DNA of 64,000 nt from Raillietiella orientalis. Its lineage: Eukaryota. Below are positions 38,388 to 50,600 of the stretch, piece after piece; position 1 is the stretch's first letter, and each line of letters begins with the position of its first letter. Made by a program: the position numbers and the translations under genes. The stretch is from assembly GCA_036172245.1 (NCBI GenBank), contig JAYWIR010000016.1, forward strand, positions 3,224,001 to 3,288,000, given 5' to 3'. The notes beneath the pieces are model-generated. The model was not told where the DNA came from, searched no databases, and worked only from the letters and a program-made list of their open reading frames with translations.

Positions 38388-41134
38388 TCACCATGAATCC
38401 ACCCAATCATCTTGCTGATTTTGCTGATTGTCTCTACTCTGATACTGCAGACCAAAGAACAATAAAATATTACACAAGGAAGATTTACCTCAAATGCATT
38501 GTCAGCACTTTCGGAACTGGAAAAACTTGAGATCTCTGACTTTGCAGGTGGGAAGTAATAACTTCCAGATGAGCCCATCCAACTAGGAATTTGCTGTTGG
38601 GACTCTTTCAAGACATCCTTTAATGCTGTAGAAATTGAATAATCAACTGAAGAATCAAAAAATGAAGTTGCTTTTCCAAGATTGCCAAGTCGACCAGTAC
38701 GACCAATACGATGGATATACTCATCAACTGTTTTAGGCATATCGTAATTAATCACCCATGAAATATCTTGGATATCCAATCCTCGAGCTGCTACAGCAGT
38801 AGCTACCAAAATTGACTGGTGACCAGTTTTGAAACTATTTAAAGCTTCTTCCCGTTGTTTCTGAGTACGATCACCGTGAATGCATGCAACTGGATAACCA
38901 CGATATCTTAAAGTTGACGACAAAGACTCTGCAGTTCTTTTCATCTCCACAAAAATTAAGATCTTTTCAGAAGCAAATCTGCTCAATAAATTGAACAATG
39001 TACTCTGCTTTTGCCCACGAGAAACTTCAATAAAATCTTGCTGTACATCTTGACAAGCAGAACCCACTACTCCCACTGACACAAAAATGTAGTTATTCAA
39101 GAATTCTGCTGCTAATTTCCTTATAGCACATGGAAATGTTGCTGAAAACAGAAGTGTCTGCCGACGCCGTTTAGGTGGCATGCTGTTATGTTCCAACACT
39201 TTCTTGATATCTGGTATAAAACCCATGTCTAGCATTCGATCTGCTTCATCCAACACTACGAATCTCACTCGATCGAACAAAACTTTCCTTCTGTTCATAA
39301 AATCAATCAAGCGACCAGGAGTAGCTACAAGCACATGGCACCCAGCAGCAAGTTGCTCCAGCTGATATGCCACTGAAGTTCCCCCATATGATATAACCAC
39401 TTTCAAGCCTGATGTGTAAGCAAACTTCAGTGCTTCCTGATAGATCTGTAAAGACAATTCCCTTGTTGGAGTAATGATAACAACATATGGATGCTGAATT
39501 CCTCGACTGCATGGGGATACTTTTCCATTCAAGAGGGAGTTGATCATGGGTAATAAAAATGCTGCCTGCAAGTAAACTCACACATTGCTGGATATCATGT
39601 AGTAGAACCATACCGTTTTCCCAGATCCCGTCTGTGCACAAGCCATTAAATCTCTTCCTCCAATAACAATGGGGATAGCATATTTCTGAATTGGTGTGGG
39701 CCTAGAATACTTACAACGATTTATATTGTACAAAAGAAGAGATACCAGTCCACAGTTATTAAAAGTCTCAATAGGCTGGGGACATGAATCTCCAGTTACC
39801 TGAGCAGATGCAAGAAAAAATATTCAACTGGATGTTAGATTTACTTGCACTGGTATTGAATCATAACGATTAAAATTTATTCCTGCATTAATATGCTCAT
39901 CAAACAGTTCCTCAATATGATTAGAAACATCCGGAGGAACATAGGGTTCAGCAGATTTTCCATCACCTAACATTAATACTCAGATTGTATCTTTTCTTAA
40001 ATTTTTCACTTACAAATTGAATCCTAAGTAAAGCAGGAATTTACATACATACACACAGAAAGAGCATATGGTCATTACCTTGTCATTATCTCTTGGACTA
40101 AACCTATGAGCTGTATTATCATTCCTGGATGAAAATCCAAACCTGTTGCCTTCATTACCTTCATAAGTGTGTCGGAATCGATTATCTACAAAAAATTAAC
40201 CTACCAAGCCCACGTCTTGTCGATCTACCATGTTCCCTGGATCCTTTAGTAAAACAAAATATGCTAACAGAACTCAATTCAAACACTACCTCTACTTTGG
40301 TTAAATATTGTAGTTTCAGTTCCACACTGAACATTGGCATAAATGTTCGATGTTTCATTGAAATTCTGTCTTTTTTCTATGTTAGGTCTCCTATCTAAAA
40401 TTATTTGCCAGCTGTTATTACTGAAAAATCTTTTTTGGCAGGTCACCTCCTGCTGGATCTCTGTATTTTCCTCTTGAACTCTGCTTTTGTCCATCATCTC
40501 TTTCTCTTGTTTTTTTTTTCTGCCCAGAGGATATTACATTTGCAATATGGTGTGTAAACATATCTGAGCTCTCATTTCCTATGTTCCCAATATTGTGGTG
40601 TGAAACGGCAAATTTATGTCAAGTTTACCAAGATATCTCTGTTCATGATTCTTGTTAGTGTCTGCGTCATCCCAAGGTGGCATATTACTGCTGGTACATG
40701 CCACATTATCTGCCCAACTATTTTTCTCTAAAAATTGAAATGAATTCAAGGCAGTGAATTATTGTGTATCGGATATAGTTAAAATAAAATTCGGATTTGT
40801 ACTTTACTGAGAAAAAAATGGCTAAACCTCCAAAAGTTATTGGAAGTTGAAATTCTGTTAAAGTACAATAACGTCCATTAGAAATGGAGCCAAAACTCGC
40901 AACCAAACTGAATCAAAACCCTGGTGTTACCTGATGAAAATTTATGTTCCGTTGCAATAAATCTATCTGTGTTTGTTTGGCCACGCAGTGTGCTGTCCCT
41001 GGACTGGGAAGGAAGGTTTTTGTTGAAATTGCCAACAAAGTCTTAGGTGAACATGGTTACGCACATTAGATACTCAAGTGACTTAACTCACGCAAAAATC
41101 CCCTTCCTCTTCCTCGGCCACTATAACCCGACAT
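38388..41134 (-). CDS. vasa: Vasa/DDX4-type DEAD-box RNA helicase (~690 aa)
   Basis: Core exons 39966-39845, 39799-39614, 39565-38489, 38444-38388. Less certain N-terminal exons 41134-41092, 41041-40931, 40727-40629, 40578-40447, 40394-40290, 40243-40229, 40185-40079, 40023-40014. YVPP..GINFNRYDSIPVQVTG, PTPIQK, AQTGSGKT, PTREL, TPGRL, DEAD, SAT, ATAVAARGLDI, HRIGRTGR, and an acidic Trp-terminal end DDWVDSW*. Confidence 0.88.
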
Positions 41135-41899
41135 TTCAAAATAAAACAGTTAAATTCATAACTGATTTATTTAGATATCATACATGTATAATGCGCTCAT
41201 TTTTTCCAAGCCGATTCATATAACTGTAAAAAGTTGTTCCTTTTTTCCTTAACAATGCAAAGCTAATGCAAAATGAAATCAATAAAGTTCAATTAATATA
41301 TCACTAACAGAAGAAACCCACACATCCTTTACCTTCCGCGACACATGAAATTTAACTAAAGCGGTAAGAATTTTGCGGATGTAAAACCGAGAGGAACTAC
41401 CAGTATAAACTGGTTGCTAATGGGAAATAGGAGATGTGTTGTTCCAAAGAGTTAATGAAAAAAAATAAAAAAGGGAATAGCGATCGAGTCTTCATTAAAG
41501 ATACGTAAAATAATCTTAATGTATAGAATTAGAATGTAAAAATATCAGGAATTCAAATCTTAAAGTCGTATAAAGAACTGTAAAGATAATGGAACATTAT
41601 ATGAAAAAAGCACTATTGCAATCAACTTTTCTTTAAATTACTCGCATCCAACATGAAAGTATGAAAAGTTGAAGAAAGGGAGTTTAACTGAACACGAGTA
41701 GTTTGGCCTAGTTTAATAAATAAAAATTTTGATTTCATAACTGATTCATAACTAAATAAGCGTGTTCATCATGAAATAAGTTTCATGATAAACATGGTTC
41801 GGCTGCACATATATTTCTGAATAAGATCTCAGCAAACCTGAGTAAGATTTTATTACCTCCCATGAGAAGAAAAAAACATGGAATTATCAAGGGATCACA

Positions 41900-43700
41900 T
41901 CATATCTAAATTAATTAAGTGAACGCTCTATGACATTTCAAGCCAATTTTTCGTCTTTTGCACTTTAGATTTCAAAATATTCTAGATGAGTGCATTCGAT
42001 TACTTTCTATTCTTCCAGGCTAATGAAATTGGTACTACAAGGGTGGGTTTTGTGCATCAACTGTTAGGAATCTGTCGAAAGAACTAAAAGAAAGCATTTT
42101 AATTTATGAACTTAATTCAATTTATGAACAATTTTTCAATTATCAATGAGCATCTCCATAATTTCAACTGAATCCAGTAACTAATCTTTGCTTTTTGATC
42201 TCTCTGGATTTTTATTCGGTTTCTTTTAATCTTATTTGAATGAATAAAAGTTTAACGATAGAACCCTGTTGCAGTCTCTCCACTTTATTTAGTGAGATTC
42301 AAGTTGTCAAAGACTTCGACAGTGATGATTAGATAGCTAAGAGTATTAGTTTTAAAATTTTCTCTAAGCTAAAATCATGCAAAAACAAAGAAAAAATCTT
42401 CAGTGATCCGTGCAGTTTCAGATCAAATGTGAAGTTTGGCAACCTCCTGATTCCGGTTTTCAGAGACTCCATTCTGCACCTCACTTCTGCTATATCTACC
42501 TCCTCATCCCCCTAATAGTCACAGAGCTAATTACATGAACAGCGTTAACGAAATTGGCAAATACCAACTGTCACGAATGTGTCAAGGATGGTTAGGAAAT
42601 GCAATTGAATTCATGAATACGGAATTTCCAAAAGAGTTCCGTCTTTATTTTGGGGAAAAAAGAGGCTCAGTAAAAGAGAAGCCTTCTTCCTGTAGGCATC
42701 TTGAGTCTGCTAATACAATTCCCTTTTTAATTCAATGTTTTTATGTGTTGTTTTAAAGCTCAAGATCAACGCTCCAGATCTCTGGGCACTTCTTCTCAAG
42801 TTCGAATGTCTTCAAATCATCAAACTAGTTATAAATGCTGTAACTATGTTAAGGCACAGTAATGTCCTTGATTACCTCGATTATTTCGTGAAAATTGTCC
42901 CTGGTTACTTGTAGCAAGGGAATAGGAAGCGGAACATCCTTTCGTCCAAAAATAAATGACTCGATTTTTTTCTTTTTTTTCCAATCACTGTTTCGGAAGA
43001 AAAAAAATTTACCGAAGAGATCTACAGCAGCACTCCTGTAAAAACAAGAGGAATGCAATAACACCTAAGAGCAACAGCTGCTGTGCTGGACCAAGCTTAA
43101 AGGAACGGATGTGCATCGGAAGGCGTAACAGCGGATGCATGTAATGGGCAAAGACCTGAAAAAAAACATGCATGAGATAACAGTGGAAATATAAAATAAC
43201 AGTTGAACAAGAGAGAGACAGAGAAAAAAAACACGTGTAATAAAGAAAGAGGTCAAACAAAAATCCTGAAAGAAGAGTTGTGTATTAACAGGGCAAGTGA
43301 AGCAACAGTGGACGTGCTATAATGAGCACACGTAGAACAGCACAGGCAGCAGGATCGCAGCAGCAGACGCGAAATCACAGCGTGCATTTCATCCTTCCCA
43401 TCCTCTCTCTTCCTGCACCGGTGTCAAAGGGATGTACCAGAGGTCTGGCAATACCCGTAGCTAGAGCAGGCTTCACCAGGCGGCTTGCAAAGCGGGTTTC
43501 CAATCACGTGTGGAAATTCTCCCCGTACTGTGTCCAGTGGAATCCAGCCACCTCCATCTCTTAAATTTGACTCCAGTCTGGTCTCTTTTACGCCTAAACG
43601 CTCTCGTTTGACAGGTACTCCTGGTGGTCGCCGGAAGTCTTTGATTATATGACCGGGCTCGAGGTGATAGCAACATGCAAGCACGCGTGTCACACCCCTC
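41900..43700. mobile_element. Degenerate gypsy-like RT and gag fragments upstream of vasa (start of block C)
   Basis: IGKYQLSRMCQG (+, 42535-42756); ITPKSNS..RMCIGRRN (+, ~42980-43144); ILSLPAP..AGFTRR (+, ~43380-43500); decayed zinc knuckle CYHLEPGHIIKD (-, ~43635-43680). Confidence 0.55.
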
Positions 43701-44593
43701 ACACTTGTGTCTCACCCTTCCACTCTTGCTTGCTTCCACGTGGGGCAGATTTTCGCTCTCCAGGTGATCCTCTCTCGTAGTGCCCAGGCGCGAGGAGGGG
43801 CGCGTACCCTTCCTCCCAACACTTCCAGGGGTTCTCTAGAGTTTAACCTCCCCTTCCTCGGCCCTTCTTCCTCTAGGGCACTAGGAAGGAAACGCTTGAT
43901 GCCCTTCCGAAGAGGCTTTCACCAAATCTCCCTCTTAAGGTGAACCCTCTTGCGATGGGAGGGGACAGGAGGGGAATGGAGGGAAGAAAACGGAGGTTTC
44001 GGCAGTAGAATTCTCCCTCGAAGGCTTCCTCCCATCCTGTTCCTTTCTTATTCCGGGAGCGCCCGGGTCCGTGCAAGGGCCGTTCGTTCCAGGAACGCGC
44101 CGAGCATCCTCTCCCCCTCCCCCTTCCTCTTTCTTGGGGCGATCCCGTCCGCGTTCGAGGTTCCCTTCCAGGAGAACGTGCACCATACCGAGCGGCTTTG
44201 TACCGTCGGCTCAATCAGGAGAGATAACGAATCTCAAAAGTGAAGAGGGTAGGGGGTAAGGTGGGGAAGCAAAGGGGGGAAGCTTTCAGTACCCTCCTCC
44301 CCCTATGTTTCTGTTCCGGGGCTGAAGATGGCGCTCTCTACGCACAGATCCCCCAATCTGCCCTGACCGTCAGCCTGTGCGGAAGGGCGCACCCTTCCAG
44401 GACTGCTTCCCTCCCGTCCCTCAGGGAAGCAGGAAGGACTTGCCCTCCAAGGAGAGGCTCAGGGAGCAGCGGCCAGCATCTCGGAGAGGCCGGTGCGCCC
44501 TGGGGGCTGCTGCTTCTCACGGGATGAGTGCAACTGGAAAAGTGGAAGGAGTCGCGTCTCGGGTTTCCCTTGAGCGTGTTTCTCGCGAAAAGA

Positions 44594-44611
44594 GGGGGAG
44601 GGGAGGGAGGG
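44594..44611 (+). other. Canonical G-quadruplex motif (one of several in the GC block)
   Basis: GGGGGAGGGGAGGGAGGG; others at 46060-46078 (+) and 57501-57523 (-). Confidence 0.7.
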
Positions 44612-47600
44612 AGGCACGACTCTCGAGCCGTCGAGACCAAGAAGAGTCCCTATGGGAACGTCATTGCCGCCGCCCCCCCTCCGACCTGGCCGCGCACCCA
44701 GAAGAGCCCTGGAGTGGGCCAGGGAGAGAGTGAGGGTGAGGGTTTCCGAGGAGGCGCGGCTCTGCGCCGCAGGAGCACCCGACCATCCGGGACAAGCAAA
44801 GCCGACGGAAGAGGGCGCTCGTGGCAGGCAGAGACAGCGACTGCTGAGCCCTGCACGAGAGCAGGGAGGAAGGGAGGAGGAGGGAACGGCGCCAGGCATG
44901 GGCGTTGTTTTGAATAGAGGGGACGGACGGGAACCTCCCTTGATCCAGAGGCCGGCTGTTGCCGTGGGAAACTCAGGGCAGTCCTGACCTCCGTCTCTCC
45001 CCGGTCACCGCGGTCTCCGCGAGTTAGTTCCTTCCTTCTCGGAGGAGGTCGGGAGGGTCACTCCAAGCCCCCTCCCCTCCCCTCTACCATATTCCCCCCT
45101 TCCAGTCCACATCCTCACCTTATTTTTCCAGAGGGAGGAAGAGGTTGGTGAGCTCGTAGCCAGGGTGGAGCAGAAGGCTCCCTTCCCCCCCACTCGAGCA
45201 GGGAAGAGAGAAAGAGGAGAGAGCGGCTAGGGAGGGAAGAGAAAGACCATTCATTTGCATAATAATATCTCCTTTTTTGAGGTCATGCAATTTACGATTC
45301 CTATGAACATCTATATTAGTAACTATTACGCCTTTTGCCAGATTTGCCCAAATATGCAAAGGATGCAGCAAATTTTGCACTTTGGTCGTCATTAATTTTA
45401 AAATTAGAGGGAGGTACCTTTATATAAAAAATATAAATCACAAGATGTTATCTCAGTAAACCAAAAAGTGTTGGTCCAGCTAACTAAAGAAGAACGAGGC
45501 AATTTAAGATTCAAAAAGCGTACAAGTTCCCTCGTTTGTTCCTTTATCATGTCCTGCTGTTCTTTTAAAGAGGCACTCACCTTTTCTCCAACAGCAACCC
45601 AACCGATAGGAAGACCACAGAGCTGCCAAGCGTGGGTTAGAGGGAAGGAAGGGGGGTAAATGAACCACCCCCTACGAGGTGAGGAGAGCGCTCTGGACTC
45701 GTGCGGAGAAGACGACGCCGACTACGCACTGTCGGTTAGAAGCGTTTGGGGGAGACGGGAAGCGAGGCGGGAGGAAGTGAGGTGAGGAGCAAAAAACAGA
45801 TCCCTCCTTTGCCGAAGGGGGGAAACATGGGGAAGAGTGCGCGGCGCCGCACTGCAGCGTCCGACCTCGTCATCCTGTGAAGGGGGTCGGTCCGTGAGAG
45901 GAGGGGGGACGTGATCACCTCTGATCTCGCGCAAGATTCCCCCTGCCTTTCCCTAGGGAAGGGGAGAACTTGCGGGCGATCAGCGCGAAAAGGAGCGGCT
46001 CATCTGTGCCCTCGTGGAAGCGGACGGATGCGCGTCGGCTCAGTGGCGCGAGGCAGTAAGGGAGGGAGGGAGGAAGGGAGGGAAAAGAATCTTGGAGATC
46101 GACTGAGCCTCTCCTCCGGGAGGTCGCCGTCTCCCTCTTCTCCGCTCGTTCCTGAGTCCCGCTGACGTTCGGCGTCCTGGAAGACCGCCCGCCGCCCACG
46201 GAATCGGCGTGCGAGCGTGGGGAGGGGCGAAGAGAAGAGAGAGTCCTCTGGATGGCTGGAGAGCCACCCAGGATGTGTCTGGATGCAAGGCGTTTCCTGG
46301 CTCCCCTGTGGGGCCAGAAAGGGAAAGTCGCTCCGTGAGTCCGGGAGTGGATGGAAGGGCACGGCGCACCTGCGCCCCGGCTAGGGAGGAACCTCGAGTC
46401 CCCCTGCTTTCTTCATCCTCACCAGAGACCCCACCGAAGGAAGGGTGGTCGAGGGGGTGGGAAGAGAGCGCCCCGGGTGGGAGGAGGCCGTCTGAGGAGG
46501 AGCCCTGCTCGGCCTTCGGGGGGGAGGAGATGCGCGGCGGGGAAGGGGAAGGATAAGCAAGGCCCTAGTGGCCAGGCCCCAGCGGCCAGCGGGTGTTTTC
46601 GGGAGCGGACCGGCGGCGGAGCTCTCCCAGAGCCTCCGAGAAGTCTCTTCCCAGAAGGGAGGGGAGAGAGGGCGGTAACGCAAAACTGGGGGAGGTCCGC
46701 GCAGCCGCAGCCTCTTTTCCCTGGAAGATGAGGATTGAGAGCGGATCCAAGTGGCGCTAGTTGTCGTGATAACCGGGTACCCGGAGATTGGGAGGAAGCG
46801 GGGCAGAAGAGAGTTCCCGGGATCTATGGCGAAGGGGGGGGAGAAAGGGTGCATCGGCCGTGCGGGGGAGAAGAGGAGCTGAGGTGCTCGGGTGGGCTCG
46901 CGAAAGGGTGTTAGTCGCGGAACGGGGAGGGCTCGCTTACTCACTTCTCCTCGCTACGTTTGCCTGCTCCGAGAACCTGCCCTGCCGGGATGGTAGGGAA
47001 GGGAGAGGAGGGAAGAAAGGCCGTCGGTTTCTGTTCTGGCAGGGGCCTGGGTTTTCAGTGCTCCCGGGGGAGGGGGGGGGGGAAGGCTAACGCTCTGCCT
47101 AAGGGACTCTTGGCCGAGGCTTCGAGGTTGCGACGTCACCCGCCGTAGCGGAGGAGGCCGGAAGGCGACTCACAGGGGGGAAGCGGAGGAGTAAACGAGG
47201 AGACTTCCTCCCCAAAGAAGGGATGGAAGTGATGGCTCACCCAGGGGCTTGCTCGAAGAGGGCAGCGGTCGAGTTTCTCCCTACTCCTCTCCCACCCTAC
47301 GTTCCTCTGACTGGGCTCTGAGCGTGGGCGACCGAACTTCCCAGGGAACTCCTCCATCACGGCTTCCGCGGGAGAGAACACCTGGAAGTGGATACGGGGA
47401 GGAGGCCGCAAGGAGGCGCCCCCTTCCCTCCCTTTGCACTGCGTCTCTTCGGACAACGCGCATGTTGGGGAAAGGCAGTTGCTGGACCATTCCTCTCCCT
47501 CCAACCCCCCCGAGAGCCGAGCGGTGCAGGTTCGGCCTCCATGGCAACGGCTGCTGATACGGGGAGCTCCCTCCCTTCCCTCCCTTTTGGGAGGAGGAGG

Positions 47601-50600
47601 GTAACCCTTCACCCCTCTCTTGCAAGACGCGCGTGGCGCAGGACGGCGGCGGCAGCCACCCTCGGCGGGAGGCGACCGAAGAGGGGAGGGGAAGGAGGGA
47701 AAGAGGTGGGGGAGACAATCGCTGCCGCCGCCCCCGCGGCGCCCCCTCATTGTCTGCCTGCCCTGACGAGCCCCCGCGGCCTCGCGTTCCTTGCCCCCGC
47801 GCCCGGAGGCGAACACAATGGCAGAGTCGGTCCCCATACGCATGGGCCATTCAACCGAGCCATCCCATCTTTGCTCCATTTGACCCCATCAGGCAGGGGT
47901 CGACCCCCTGGGGCCACCTTCGAGAAGGAAGGACGAGACGGAGGTGGAGGGGGGAGGAAGGGGTGATCGGAGGCGGCAGGACGACACGGAGAAGAAATAG
48001 GGGAGCGCCTGGGATGCGCTTCCGGATGTGTGTGTGTTTTTTTCTTCTTCTTCCAGGGAACCACCACTGCGGAGGAGGGGGAAGGGAGAGAAAGGGGGAG
48101 CGGAAGGGAGATGGAAGGCTCCTTCTCCCTGGGAGGAACGTCCCCATACCTCTCGAGTGTCTCCCCTGAAGGGACGCTGTGGGAGACCCTGGGAAGGGTC
48201 ATCTCCGGCAGGTTCTCCCTGCTTCTTCCCAAACCTTGAGGGATAGAGAGCGACCCCGCGAGTGTGCTCATCGGAGCGCTCCTCCACGGCGACAGTTCGC
48301 CGATTCGCGGTTGCCGTGGGAAACGGGGGAGGGGGACCTCGAGCTCCCGCGTGCCCGGCTGCTTCCCTGCTTGGCCGACTCGAGTGGGCGAGAAGGCTGC
48401 TCCGTCCCTGGGGATGGCGGGAAATTGCCGCCCGCTTCCCGTGAGGGGGAGGGCAGGGGAGGAGTTTCTTTGGTGCCTTCCGCAGCGCCAGTGTCTGCTC
48501 GAGGGCGCGCCTCCTCCTCCATTCCTTCCCCCCCCCCCTTCCTGCTCTCATTCCAGGGATGCGTCAGAGCCTTGGCAGAGGACTCTGAGGCGAAGGTGCT
48601 CCTCTCTCTCTCCCCCCCTCCGAGGCGGAGAGGAGGAAGCGGCTCGGACCACCGCCACGGAGCGAGGGGTGGGGTGGGAGGGAACAGGAAGAAGGGGGAG
48701 ATGAGAACCCGGGGGATGTGTGCCGCTTCCAAGGGGTCATCCTGTCGCGATCTGCATCGCGCCGGGTTCCGCACCCCTTTTTCGTCGGAAGGGCCGGGGA
48801 AAGAAGGAACGGCGAGACGGGGGCTAAGAGCGCGAGCGGACGCTGCTTCGAGGGCCGGGGTCGTTGATCCAGGAGAAACCTGGGGGAGTGGAACAGAAGG
48901 GTGGAGGAGGCCGAGGGAGGAGGAGGAGGGGGGAGGGGGAAGAGGTGGCACACGTCGGGCGGAAGGGGTTCGTGGCGGCGGTGGCGAGCGACCCCGCCCC
49001 GGTGCAGCCCTCGGGCACCTCGCGCCCCTCTTTCGGTGGGGCGAGGGAAGGGGCGGATCATCCCAGTTTCCGCTCGCGTCGGGGCGGCGCCGCGGTCCGG
49101 AACGTCCGGACCGCAGAGCCGCCCCAAGCTCTTCCCGTCAACGCCCGCCGGGAAGGTCGGGGAAGGAATCCGAGAGAAGAGGGTGGTGGAGTGGGCATGG
49201 TAGTGTCGCGACGCCTCCCTCGCTGCGGCGCCCGGCCGAGACTGCTGGGATCCGGGTGTGACCGCAGTGTGCCATGGGGACGCTCGCATGGAGCTGCTGG
49301 CAAGCCAAGAGTGGCCCAGCGGGGGGGAGAGGGGGGAAGCCCCTTGTTTCCCGGGGAGCCGCTGAAGCAGATTGGGAGTAGCCGGTCCTTTACCTTCACT
49401 TCTATGCCGGCGAGAGCGACGGGCCCAGCGAACTCCTCCTTCCTCCACCACCCCATATCACCCTCGTGGCGTTGGATGTTCCCACAACGCTGCTCCTCGA
49501 GAGAGCCGCAGAGAATAGGCAGGAGGAGAGCTTCTCCCTTCTCCACCCCACAACTGCTCCCTGCAGGCGTAGGGGGTCGGACCGAAACCCTCCGCAGAGG
49601 AGGACGGGATCAGAAGGACCGCAGACCCGAAACAGGAACCCCGGCGAGGCGAGGCAAAACAGGGGAGTGGGAAAGGAGGAACTTGCGAGTCACGTGACCC
49701 GGAGTCGCTGAGGTCAACCACCGCGCCGGCAGGAGGGAACGCGGCCCCGTGCTTCCTCCTGGAAGTGGATAGGGCGCGAAAATTATTTCCCCGGCGCCTC
49801 AGCGTAGGAGGAAGCAGCACGGGGCTCTGAAGGGACGAGGAGAATGGGGAGATGAGGGAGGACGCGGAACCGCTCCCGTCCTCGCCCCGAGAGGAGGGAG
49901 GTGCGCTCCAGATCCTCCGCCACCGCTCTCCTGGGTTGGTCTTCCTCAAATCCTCACCCAGCCGGAGGGTCGAGCTCCTCCTCCCTCTTCTTGCCCCGAG
50001 GGGCTGTATCGGGAGCCACCCTGCGGAGTCGCACGTGAGGAGCTTCCGGCGAGCGAAAGGGGGGGGGGGAAGAAGAAGACCCGGAGGGAGAGAGATCGAC
50101 GACACTCCGGACGGAATTCGCTGCGGGTGTCGTCCGGATACAGACCAGGAGGAGGGCGTTTCCATGGCGTCCCGGCGGCTGCGGGTGAGTGGACCTGGTG
50201 GGCTCGAATCACCGTGGCTGCTGCTCCCTTCCTCTCCGAGAAGACTCTCGCGGAGCTTCGTGGTCGTCTCCGCTGCCTCTCGCCGTTCCCAGGAGGGCGC
50301 GGGCGAGGGTCTGCGACCTCCCCTCTCCGGCAGAGCGAGGGAGTCCGACAGGGGGAGGTGGAGGGGGGGAGAAGAGAAGTGGAAGGTCGCGCGGGACGAG
50401 GACCGGCTCCCGCGTGCGCACGCCGTAAGGAGGCGACCCGAACGCACGCACCAGTGGACCCGTGAGGCTGCGGGAGGAGCTCCCAGGGCTCATCTGAATT
50501 TTCATCATGTCAAACAGCCGCGGGGCAGAAATACCAGGTCAGGGGAATGATGCGAGTGCCGCGTCGGCTGGCGCCGGAGAGAAAGTCGGGCCGCTCGCTC

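Noticed and set aside
38351..38488. ORF-track C-terminus of vasa (..VNLPCVIF..FKNW)
   Set aside because: Read-through of a 44-nt intron (38488-38445). Splicing gives the typical acidic Trp-terminal end.
41155..41755. Repeated TTCATAACTGA (TCAGTT initiator-like on the minus strand) upstream of vasa
   Set aside because: Short and AT-rich. The proximal copy is equally explained as a 5'UTR splice acceptor.
45270..45345. PDZ-domain-like peptide GVIVTNID..LKKGDIIMQMNG
   Set aside because: Too short and has no splice context. It fits an integrase C-terminal segment equally well, which matches the surroundings.
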